From positions 14,429 to 78,428 of the forward strand of contig JACIXH010000004.1 of NCBI GenBank assembly GCA_014360565.1: 64,000 bases of DNA, given 5' to 3'. The DNA is from Nocardia sp. (GTDB taxonomy: Bacteria > Actinomycetota > Actinomycetes > Mycobacteriales > Mycobacteriaceae). Positions 39,822 through 48,565 of the stretch are shown here, in pieces. The translations under genes were made by a program, and so were the position numbers. A model generated the notes under the pieces. The model worked only from the letters and a program-made list of their open reading frames with translations, was not told the origin of the DNA and searched no databases. Numbering within the stretch: the first letter of the stretch is position 1; every line of letters begins with the position of its first letter.

Positions 39822-41420
39822 TCAGCGCACAGCGACGTGTCGCGGATGTGCGCGACGCTCGCCACGGTCACGCCGGGGCGAGGGATCCAGGCCCCGCCCT
39901 GGTGCGGGCAGGCCTGCGCGGAACAGGCCGTAGGTGATCCGTTGTCGCACAGCGGCCTCGAGGGCTTCGCGCAGCGGGCCGTCGCGTAGGACGGCGTCGG
40001 CTCCGAGCCGACCTTCCACGATGGTGAGCGCGCCGTCGATATCACCGTGGTCGAGCCGTTCGCAGACGCCGACCAGCCAATCCGGTTGGCGCAGTGACCG
40101 ATCGATGGCTTGCAGACAGGGCATCGGGGTCCCGGTCAGGGCGGCGAGGAGTTCCTCGCGCCGAACTTCGGCGGGGTCGTGGTCCAGGGCGGCGAGCACC
40201 CCGTCCACCAACCCGATCCGGTGGCGTTCGCCCCGGCACTCCACGATCCGATACCCGGCGTCGACCTCGGACGCCTCGGTCGTTGTGCCGTCGAAGCCGA
40301 GCGCAGAGGCAACCAGGGGATGCAGTCGATCGGCGGTGATCACGCCCGCCCGGAGCAATTCCAGGTCGGGCAGCACCCAGGTCGCCGCGTCGGGCAGGAC
40401 CGGAACAGCCGAGATGCCGCCACGCGGGTGTTGCCTCGAAATGCGCACTGCCGGTGGCGTGTCACCGTCGGCGTCTACTTCCAGCACCACCCGCTTCCTG
40501 GCACCGCATCGCACCAGGACCAACCCGGACCGGCGGCCTTCGGACCTGAGCAGGATGCCCGCTTCGTCCGCCCAGCGCTCGACAGCACAACCCTGCGGCA
40601 CCGAGCTCGACAACCCGACGCCGGCGCGACCGGTCGGAGGAACCGTCTCGACATCGGATCGGCCCCGCGAGATCAGACCGGCCTGCCTGAAGCCGGGCCC
40701 GTCGCCCGGCTGTGACACCGAGTCACGGGAGCTGGATTCGTCGCTTCGCACCGGACCTGAAGCGACGAATTCCTCTGCTCCGGAACGGGTTCCCAACTCC
40801 GAGGCGCGTCGCGAATCCCACAGATGCCGGTGCAGGTCGAGCCGGTAGCGACTGCTGGGTCGAGGATGTGGGTGCATGCGCGGGCCGGTCGCGGGGCTCG
40901 CCGCGTCCCACAGCGCGAGGCTGATGCGCTGACCGGCATCCGCCCACGCCGGCGGCGTCCGAACCACCAGGTATACGGAATTGGTTCTGGGGCAACGCAT
41001 TTCGTCGAGAGGGTCGGCATTGTCTTCGTTGTCGTAGCGCGCCAACACCATCGTCAGCCCGGGCCGGATCAGTCCGTCGGGCGCGATTCTGGGGAGATGC
41101 CAGCGCAGCAGATCCGGCGCCAGATGCCGCACGTCGGCCCGCACCCGTGCGGCGAGTCCGCGCCCGTGTGTCCGGGCCAACGACCGCAGATCCATCTCGA
41201 CGTCGACGTGGGCCGCGGCGCACGCCCCGGCCCAGTCACCGACGAGGCGACGTTCGGTGGCGACACCGATCATGGTGGGCGGCACCGCGAACGCGCGCAC
41301 CCGAAGCCACAGGGCTCGGCGCGCATCGTCGTACGACACAGGTGGGTGCTGCGGATTTTCGGTGAATTGCCCGCGATCGAGCGGGCGAGAGGCCGGTTCG
41401 ATGACCGGCACGGGGCTCAA
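39822..41420 (-). CDS. conserved hypothetical protein upstream of the MoxR/vWA pair
   Basis: 532-aa ORF co-oriented with AAA-vWA; APDLLRWHLP, LHPLV, C-terminal C/H residues. Confidence 0.7.
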   Translation of the reverse strand: MSPVPVIEPASRPLDRGQFTENPQHPPVSYDDARRALWLRVRAFAVPPTMIGVATERRLVGDWAGACAAAHVDVEMDLRSLARTHGRGLAARVRADVRHLAPDLLRWHLPRIAPDGLIRPGLTMVLARYDNEDNADPLDEMRCPRTNSVYLVVRTPPAWADAGQRISLALWDAASPATGPRMHPHPRPSSRYRLDLHRHLWDSRRASELGTRSGAEEFVASGPVRSDESSSRDSVSQPGDGPGFRQAGLISRGRSDVETVPPTGRAGVGLSSSVPQGCAVERWADEAGILLRSEGRRSGLVLVRCGARKRVVLEVDADGDTPPAVRISRQHPRGGISAVPVLPDAATWVLPDLELLRAGVITADRLHPLVASALGFDGTTTEASEVDAGYRIVECRGERHRIGLVDGVLAALDHDPAEVRREELLAALTGTPMPCLQAIDRSLRQPDWLVGVCERLDHGDIDGALTIVEGRLGADAVLRDGPLREALEAAVRQRITYGLFRAGLPAPGRGLDPSPRRDRGERRAHPRHVAVR

Positions 41421-41585
41421 CGGCCCGGGCGCTGAACGCCCTTTCGACTCGATGTCATGTGGCCAGTATGCACAATCGCGCGCCAGCCGACAAGCGGTGA
41501 CGCTGCGATCGCGCGCCCCGCGGCCGGGTCGACGAGGTAGGCGGGCCCAGGTCAGCGACTCGGTGCCCGCCTCACCTCCGGGTCG

Positions 41586-43058
41586 CTACCGCGCGTCGGT
41601 CAGCTCGCGCGCGGCGGACTGCTCACCCAGCTGCGGGTAGGTCGGGTATTCGATGCCCGAGATGTACTGCACGGTTCGCACCACCTGGCACGAGTAGCCG
41701 AATTCGTTGTCGTACCAGACGTAGAGGATGGCGGTGTCGCCCTCGACGATGGTGGCGTTGGCGTCGATGATCGAGGCCGCGCGCGAGCCGATGAAGTCGC
41801 TCGAGACCGCGTCGGTGGCGGCGGTGTAGTCGAGGTTGCGGCTCAGCGGGCCTGCCAGCGATACCTGACGCAGGTAGCCGAGCACGTCTTGCTTGGTCGT
41901 CTCCTGCTTCAGCTGCAGGTTCAAAATCGCGACCGACACGTCCGGGGTGGGTACGCGAATCGAGTTGCCGGTGATCTTGGCCTTGAAGTCCGGCATCGCC
42001 TTGGCCACCGCGGAGGCGGCGCCGGTCTCGGTGAGCACCAGGTTGAACGGCGCGGAGCGGCCGCGACGATCGGCCTTGTGGTAGTTGTCGAGCAGGTTCT
42101 GGTCGTTGGTGAACGAGTGCACCGTCTCGACGTGCCCACGCACGATGCCGAATTCGTCGTCCATGGCCTTGAGCGGCGGCACGATCGCGTTGGTCGTGCA
42201 CGAGGCGCAGGAGAAGATCTGCTGCGACAGGTCCAGATCGCGGTGGTTCACGCCGTGCACGATGTTGGGCACATCGCCCTTGCCCGGCGCGGTGAGCACG
42301 ACCTTGTCGATGCCGGGGCGCAGGTGCTGGGCCAGGCCGTCGCGGTCACGCCAGCGACCGGTGTTGTCGATCAGGATCGCGTTGTCGATGCCGTACTCGG
42401 TGTAGTCGATCGCCGCGGGGTCATCGCTGTAGATGAACTTGATGACGTTGCCGTTCGCGGTGATCGTGTCGTTGTCGGTATCGACCTTGATCGTGCCGTT
42501 GAAGTGCCCGTGCACCGAATCGCGGCGCAGCAGCGACGCCCGCTTGGCCAGATCGTCGTCGCCGCCCTTGCGCACCACCACCGCGCGCAGGCTCAGCCCG
42601 TTGCCCGAGCCCGCCTTCTCGATCAGCAGCCGGGTGACCAGCCGCCCGATCCGCCCGAACCCGTAGAGCACCACATCCCGCGGTCCTTGCGAGATCGCCT
42701 TGTTGCCGTCGCTCACCTGGGCAAGCACCGAGGTGGTGAACTCCTCGACCGACAGGCCGCGCCCGTCCGCGTGGTATGCCATCACGAGCTGACCCAGGTC
42801 GATCTTGCACGGGCCGAGATCCAACCCGCTGATCACCTGCAGAAACGGCAACGTCTCGTCCACCGACAGCTCTTCGCCGCCGATCTGGCGCGCGAACCGA
42901 TGCGTCCGCAGGATGCTGATCACCGACTTGTTCACCAGCGACCGGCTGTGCAGCAGAATCGTCACACCCTTGCTGCGATACAACGTCCCGATGATCGGAA
43001 TCATCGCCTCCGCAGCAGCTTCCTAAGCGTTCCAGCGATCAAGTTGTTCGGTAGTCAA
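41586..43058 (-). CDS. long-type glyceraldehyde-3-phosphate dehydrogenase; in-frame TAG at codon 12 (43023-43025), downstream ATG at 43004
   Basis: GFGRIGR, ASCTTNA, WYDNEFGY; AGAGGA RBS before TTG 43058. Confidence 0.85.
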
Positions 43059-43219
43059 CACACGTCCTCTGGTTCATCGATATTTCCGCTGCATCGATGC
43101 TAGTGAGGGCGGAATTTTCACCGAGGGCGGCTCCCCACCGGTGAGATCGTGAACACTGCGAAGCGGCGACGCCATAGGTGTGGATCGCGGCGCGGTGACC
43201 GCCGAACGAGCGCGGTGGT

Positions 43220-43813
43220 TCAGAACTTGCCCGCGTGGTGTTCGACCCGATGACCCAGCTGCGCGGTGAACTCGGCGATGAACTCGTCGGTCAGCGGCGG
43301 CCAGCCCCAGAAGTCGAAGGCGAGGGCGCCGAGGCCGAAGCCGTCGTCCCATCGCCAGTCGGTGATCGGGCTGCCCGCCTTGCACGAAGGACAGTGCGCC
43401 TCGCCCGCACCGGTGCGCTCCCACGCGTCGATTGCCTCCGAAAACGGTTGCCAGACTGCGGGATCCGCTTCGAAGGCCTGCGGGTAGTCGATGATCACCG
43501 TGGTCGCCCGGCAGCGTGGGCAGATGGCCTCGGCCGGTCCGATAGCGCCCTGACCGGAATAATGGGCATAGCGCCCGACGATGACAGCGACCGGCGCTGG
43601 GATCCAGTCCTCGCCCCAGTTCTCGGCGATCCGAGCCCACTCGGGACCCGCCACGTACCCTTCGTCGACCTGCAGGCTGTACATCGCGTCACCCGATGTC
43701 TCGCGAAGCAGCCACCCCCGCGACACCATCCAGTCGACCATCCGCTCCGCCACCGCGCCGGCGTCCGCCGCGTCTACGTCGAGATCGACAATCCGTTCGA
43801 AGAAATCACCCAC
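43220..43813 (-). CDS. hypothetical protein with two CxxC motifs
   Basis: CPRC...CPSC, FWGWPPL; start uncertain (43813 or 43822). Confidence 0.65.
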   Translation of the reverse strand: MGDFFERIVDLDVDAADAGAVAERMVDWMVSRGWLLRETSGDAMYSLQVDEGYVAGPEWARIAENWGEDWIPAPVAVIVGRYAHYSGQGAIGPAEAICPRCRATTVIIDYPQAFEADPAVWQPFSEAIDAWERTGAGEAHCPSCKAGSPITDWRWDDGFGLGALAFDFWGWPPLTDEFIAEFTAQLGHRVEHHAGKF

Positions 43814-43959
43814 GCCCCGCATCCTGCCACCGCGGACCAACACCGTCGCCGGTTTCCGAGCTTCAGCGATGAACCACGATCCGCCCGCACCCGGCCAGGT
43901 GCGCGTTACCGTCCACGCGACCATCGGCAGTGGCCTGTTCCACGCCGCTCGACACCGCG

Positions 43960-44403
43960 TCAGGTGGTGGCGTCCCAGTCGACGAGGGGTGGTTTCACTC
44001 TGGCGCACAACGGGTTTCCGGTCGCATCGGTGAGAACGAGCCGCGCCTCGAGCACTCCCGATTCTGTCGCGGCGGCCAGGATGCCGGCGGGGACGTCGGC
44101 GAGCAGCAGCTTGGCGCGGCGAAACATGCCGAACGCTCCGGCGTCGTCGACGGTGACCCAGCTGAGGTAGAGGAACCGCTCCCCTGGTCTGCCCTGGATG
44201 TAGGGCCCGCGGATGTCGGTGCCGTCGACGGTGCACTCCACAGTCCAGCAGACAGTGTCCGCGTCGCCGCGCTGCACATCCAGCAGTTCGCGCGGACGGT
44301 TCTTCCGCTGCACGCCCACGTGCACGTTCGAGTACGCGGTTTCGACCCCCGCCGGATGACACGACGACCCGGGTAGCCGCGTCCCCACGATTCGGATCAG
44401 CAT
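43960..44403 (-). CDS. DUF5990-like protein
   Basis: NVHVGVQR, GPYIQGRPGERFLYLSW, MFRRAKL. Confidence 0.7.
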   Translation of the reverse strand: MLIRIVGTRLPGSSCHPAGVETAYSNVHVGVQRKNRPRELLDVQRGDADTVCWTVECTVDGTDIRGPYIQGRPGERFLYLSWVTVDDAGAFGMFRRAKLLLADVPAGILAAATESGVLEARLVLTDATGNPLCARVKPPLVDWDATT

Positions 44404-44431
44404 CCGGCCATCTTCGTACACCCGGCGACGA

Positions 44432-46537
44432 TCAGTCCACGGCCGCGGCGCCGGTCCGAGCCGGCGTCGCCGCGTCGGTCTTCACGGGAGCCCCCGGCCA
44501 CCACACCTTGTCGCCCAGCAGCGCGAACAGCGCCGGGACAACGAGCGTGCGCACCACGAACGTATCCAGCAGGATGCCGATGCCGACCACGATGCCCAGC
44601 TGGGTCAGGGTGATCAACGGCAGCACACCGAGCACACAGAACACCGCAGCGAGGACGACCCCGGCGCTGGTGATCACGGCCCCGGTCGAGGCGACGGCAC
44701 GCACCATCCCCTGGGTGGTGCCGTGCGCGCCGGCTTCCTCGCGCGCCCTGGTCACCAAGAAGATCGTGTAGTCCACCCCCAGCGCCACCAGGAACAGGAA
44801 ACCGAACAGCGGCACGTTGGTGTCCAGTGCGGGGAACCCGAAGACCGTGCCACTGATCCAGCTGCCCGCGCCGAGCGCGGCGAGCGCACTGAGCACCGTG
44901 ACGCCGACGAGCAGCACGGCGGCGGGCACCGCGCGCAACAGCACCAGCAGCACCAGCAGCACGACGGCGAGAATCAGCGGTATGACCAGTGCTTGGTCTC
45001 GGCGAGCAGCGTCACGGATGTCGAGCGCTTCGGCGTCTGCCCCGCCGACCAGCGCCTCGGCGCCGGGCACCGCACCGACCGCCGTCCTGATCGCCGTGAT
45101 GGTGGTGAAGGCCTCGTCCGAACCCGGTGCCGCGTCGAGGACGACCGACCAGCGTGTCGAACCGTCCCCGGAGGTGCCGGTGGCCGTGGCGCGCGAAACA
45201 CCCTGCACGCCATCGAGTGCCGACTGCATCCGGTCGGTAGCCGTACTCCGCGCGATCACCACAGCCGGATCCGAGGCGCCGGACGGGAAGTGTTCGGCCA
45301 GCGTCTGCAGCCCGTCGACCGACTCGGCCTCGACCCGGAACTGCTCGGTGCGCGAAAGCCCGATATCGGTAGTCGCGAGCCCGGTCGCGAAGACGATCAG
45401 CACCGCCGATGCCGCCCCGGCCACGACGGCCGGGCGTCGCACCACCCGCTTGGCGACGTTGGCCCAGACGCCGTGCTCGGCCGCGTCGCGACCGTCCGCT
45501 TGCGGCACGAACGGCCAGAAGATCCGCCGTCCGCACAGTGCCAGCGCGGGCGGCAGTGCGGCGAGCACGAAGATCAGTGCCACCACGAGCCCGGCGGCCG
45601 CGAACGCGCCGAGGCTGCGGGTGTTGGGCAGCAGCGCGAGCAACAGCGTCAGCAGGGCGAGGACAACGGTGACATTGCTGGCGACGATGGCGGGCGCGGC
45701 ATGACGCACCGCTGCTCGCAACGCCGCTCGATGATCGGTGTGGCGATGGAGTTCGTCGCGATACCGCGACACCAACAGCAGCGCGTAATTCGTGCCGGCT
45801 CCGAACACCAGAACGCTGGTGATGCCGGAGGTCGAACCGTCGAACGTGAGCCCGGTGAGCTCGGCCAGCAGCATGCCGACACTGGTGGCGACGCGATCGG
45901 CCAGGCCGACCACCGTCAACGGCACCAGCCACAGCACCGGCGAGCGATAGGTGAGAATGAGCAAGGCCATCACCACGAGCGCGGTCACGATCAGCAGCAG
46001 CGTGTTGGCACCGGAGAAGGAGTTGGCGATGTCGGCGCCGAAAGCGGGTCCGCCGGTGATCTGCACGCGCAGCGAATCGGGTAGCCCGGTGGTGACATCG
46101 GTGCGCAGCTCGCTGACACGGTCGGTGAGCGCAAAGCCGTTGAGCTGCGCGGACACCGGAATCTGGGCGAGCGCGGCTCGCGTGTCGGGAGCGGGGATCA
46201 CCCGGGCGCCCTCGGCCGAGGCAACGCCGGCGCGAGTGAGCGCCGCGTCCAGTGCCGCGAGATCGGCGGGTGTCAGGGTGGCGCCGTCGACGCGCGTGGC
46301 GACCATGATCGCGGCGGCCGTTCCGGCATCGGGAAACCGCGCGGCAGCCTCGGCTGCCGCAGCCGATTCCGCCGATCGCGGCAGTGACATCGGGGCCTGG
46401 CCCGCGCTGTCGTTGCTGCCCGCCAGCCCCATCACAGCCATGGCGGCCGCGATCACCACGAGCAGTACCGCCCACGACCGACGACCGGTGACCAGCCCGG
46501 CGAACCTGTCCCAACCGTTTCTGTCGCTCACTCGCAT
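44432..46537 (-). CDS. MMPL/RND family transporter
   Basis: GAGTNYALLLVSRYRDEL, ALGVDYTIFL, GILLDTFVVRTLVVPAL. Confidence 0.92.
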   Translation of the reverse strand: MRVSDRNGWDRFAGLVTGRRSWAVLLVVIAAAMAVMGLAGSNDSAGQAPMSLPRSAESAAAAEAAARFPDAGTAAAIMVATRVDGATLTPADLAALDAALTRAGVASAEGARVIPAPDTRAALAQIPVSAQLNGFALTDRVSELRTDVTTGLPDSLRVQITGGPAFGADIANSFSGANTLLLIVTALVVMALLILTYRSPVLWLVPLTVVGLADRVATSVGMLLAELTGLTFDGSTSGITSVLVFGAGTNYALLLVSRYRDELHRHTDHRAALRAAVRHAAPAIVASNVTVVLALLTLLLALLPNTRSLGAFAAAGLVVALIFVLAALPPALALCGRRIFWPFVPQADGRDAAEHGVWANVAKRVVRRPAVVAGAASAVLIVFATGLATTDIGLSRTEQFRVEAESVDGLQTLAEHFPSGASDPAVVIARSTATDRMQSALDGVQGVSRATATGTSGDGSTRWSVVLDAAPGSDEAFTTITAIRTAVGAVPGAEALVGGADAEALDIRDAARRDQALVIPLILAVVLLVLLVLLRAVPAAVLLVGVTVLSALAALGAGSWISGTVFGFPALDTNVPLFGFLFLVALGVDYTIFLVTRAREEAGAHGTTQGMVRAVASTGAVITSAGVVLAAVFCVLGVLPLITLTQLGIVVGIGILLDTFVVRTLVVPALFALLGDKVWWPGAPVKTDAATPARTGAAAVD

Positions 46538-46547
46538 CACGCCGAAA

Positions 46548-46572
46548 CTATTTCAAAAACTTAAGTAATATG
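46548..46572. promoter_or_regulatory. AT-rich imperfect palindrome, possible MarR operator
   Basis: TATTTCAAAAACTTAAGTA between the divergent mmpL and marR genes. Confidence 0.4.
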
Positions 46573-46629
46573 CAATGCCGATGGTGACGGCGGCTAAGCT
46601 CCCTATCGAACACAGAGAGGAGGCCGCGC

Positions 46630-47145
46630 GTGGGCGACGACACCGCGGACACCGACCCGGCCGCCGATCGGGCAGGTCTGGAGACCGGGATAGCTCGGGA
46701 TCTGCGTGCCCTGACCGCGATCTCCGAACAGATCGGCCACGTGTTCGCGCGCTCGAACGACCTGCGCCCGAATGATTTCCGGGCCCTGATGCACGTCGCG
46801 ACGGCCGACGCCGAGGGCGCGCCGCTGAGTGCGGGCCAGCTGAGCAAGCTGATGGGCGTCTCCGCGCCCGCCGTCACCTACCTCGTCGAGCGCATGATCG
46901 AATCCGGGCATCTCGAACGGGTACCCGATCCGGTGGACCGGCGGCGGGTGCACCTGAGCTATACCGATCAGGGCATGACGGTCGCGGCCGGATTCTTCGG
47001 GCCGCTCAGCGCGCGCACCCGCACCGCCCTCGCCGACCTACCCGACGACGACTTGGCGGCCGCCCACCGCGTGCTCGTCGGTGTCACGGCCGCGCTGCGC
47101 GAGTTCTATACCGAGCTCCCGCAGTCGGCGCGCCCCGAGGAGTAG
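46630..47145 (+). CDS. MarR family regulator
   Basis: LSAGQLSKLMGVSAPAVTYLVERM, DPVDRRRV. Confidence 0.9.
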   Translation: MGDDTADTDPAADRAGLETGIARDLRALTAISEQIGHVFARSNDLRPNDFRALMHVATADAEGAPLSAGQLSKLMGVSAPAVTYLVERMIESGHLERVPDPVDRRRVHLSYTDQGMTVAAGFFGPLSARTRTALADLPDDDLAAAHRVLVGVTAALREFYTELPQSARPEE

Positions 47146-47197
47146 CGCTGCGCGGGCGCAGCGGAATCGGTTCGCCCGCCGACGGCGGTGATCAGTC

Positions 47198-48565
47198 TCA
47201 GCCCATGCCGTCGACGGCCGGGAGCGCCTCGGCTGCCCTGACCGCCGCGGCGAGCTCGTCGGCGGTGTGACGGAGCTGGTCGGGCGTGTGTTCGGAGGTC
47301 AGGAACAAGCGCAGGCGTTCGCTGCCGACCGCAACGGCCGGTGCGGTGATCGAGCCCGCGTAGATGCCCTGCTGGAGCAACCGCGCCGCCACATAGCCTG
47401 CGCGAAATTCCTGCGGCACCAGCACCGGGCAGATCGGCGTGCCCTCGGAAACACCGAGATCGAGTTCGCGGTCGACGAGCAAGGCTCGCAAGAGCGCAGC
47501 ATTGGACCACAGGCGGGTCAGGCGTTGCGGCTCCCTGTCCAGGATGTCCAGCGCGGCCAGGGCGGCGCCGATCGTGGACGGCGCCGGTCCCCCGCTCAGC
47601 ATCGCCACGCCGGGGGCGCAGACCTTCATCGCGCCGATCAGGTCGGCGTCACCGGCGATGAATCCGCCGCAACTGCCCAGCGCCTTGGACAGGGTGCCCA
47701 TCCAGATGTCGACCGCGTCGCCGGGCAGGGCCGAATGCTCACGGATGCCCCGGCCGGTTGCGCCGAAGACACCGAGCGAATGCGCCTCGTCGACCATTAC
47801 CGCACAGTCGAATTCTCTTGCCACCGCGGCAATTTCGGCGACCTTCCCGACGGTCCCGTCCATGCTGTAGTGGCCTTCGATCACCACCAGCGCGCGATCG
47901 AAATTGGCGCGCGCCATCCGCAGCACCGACCGCAGTGAATCGGGGTCGTTGTGACGGAAGGTGAGTTGGCGCGCACCCGACCACTGCACACCCGAGACCA
48001 CGCTGCGGTGGATCAGCGAATCGCAGATCGCGACATCGCCGTCGCGCAGCAGGAACCCGATCACCCCGGCGTTGGTGAGATACCCGCTGGTGGTGACCAG
48101 CGCGTCGGCCACGTCGTACATCCCGGCCAGGCGCTGCTCGAGTTCGCCGTAGAGCGGGATCTCCCCGGCGACGATGCGTGAGGCCGAGGCCGAGGCGCCG
48201 TAGGTGTCGAGCGCGTCCTTGGCAGCCTGCACCACTTTCGGATGATTGCTCAGACCCAGATAGTTGTAGGCGCCGAAGTTCACCAATTCGCGCCCTTGCC
48301 AACGGATCACGGTGTCATTGGCCCCCTCGCGCAGCAGAAAGACCGGATTCGGCATGCCGTATTGTTCGTGCACCGCCGCGATCGACGCGCGCTTGCTCGC
48401 CATCGCCGCCACCTCGGGGTGATCGGCGAACTGACGGCCGGGCCCCCGCCGCGCCCGTCGGGTGGCCGGCGCCGGGGCGGACGACGCCCGACGGTCCGAA
48501 CCCACCCCTGCTCCGGCCGCGTCGGTGAGCAGTTTCCTGGCCAGTTCCCGGGCCGATTCGCTCAT
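47198..48565 (-). CDS. PLP-dependent alpha-oxoamine synthase (AONS/SPT family, class I/II aminotransferase fold)
   Basis: NFGAYNYLGL, DSLIHRS, FRHND, EGHYSMDG, DEAHS, GTLSKALG; ATGA overlap with the PKS. Confidence 0.92.
   Translation of the reverse strand: MSESARELARKLLTDAAGAGVGSDRRASSAPAPATRRARRGPGRQFADHPEVAAMASKRASIAAVHEQYGMPNPVFLLREGANDTVIRWQGRELVNFGAYNYLGLSNHPKVVQAAKDALDTYGASASASRIVAGEIPLYGELEQRLAGMYDVADALVTTSGYLTNAGVIGFLLRDGDVAICDSLIHRSVVSGVQWSGARQLTFRHNDPDSLRSVLRMARANFDRALVVIEGHYSMDGTVGKVAEIAAVAREFDCAVMVDEAHSLGVFGATGRGIREHSALPGDAVDIWMGTLSKALGSCGGFIAGDADLIGAMKVCAPGVAMLSGGPAPSTIGAALAALDILDREPQRLTRLWSNAALLRALLVDRELDLGVSEGTPICPVLVPQEFRAGYVAARLLQQGIYAGSITAPAVAVGSERLRLFLTSEHTPDQLRHTADELAAAVRAAEALPAVDGMG

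Noticed and set aside
47198-48565. bioF (biotin synthesis)
   Set aside because: No other bio genes nearby, translationally coupled to a PKS and carrying an N-terminal extension; gene symbol withheld
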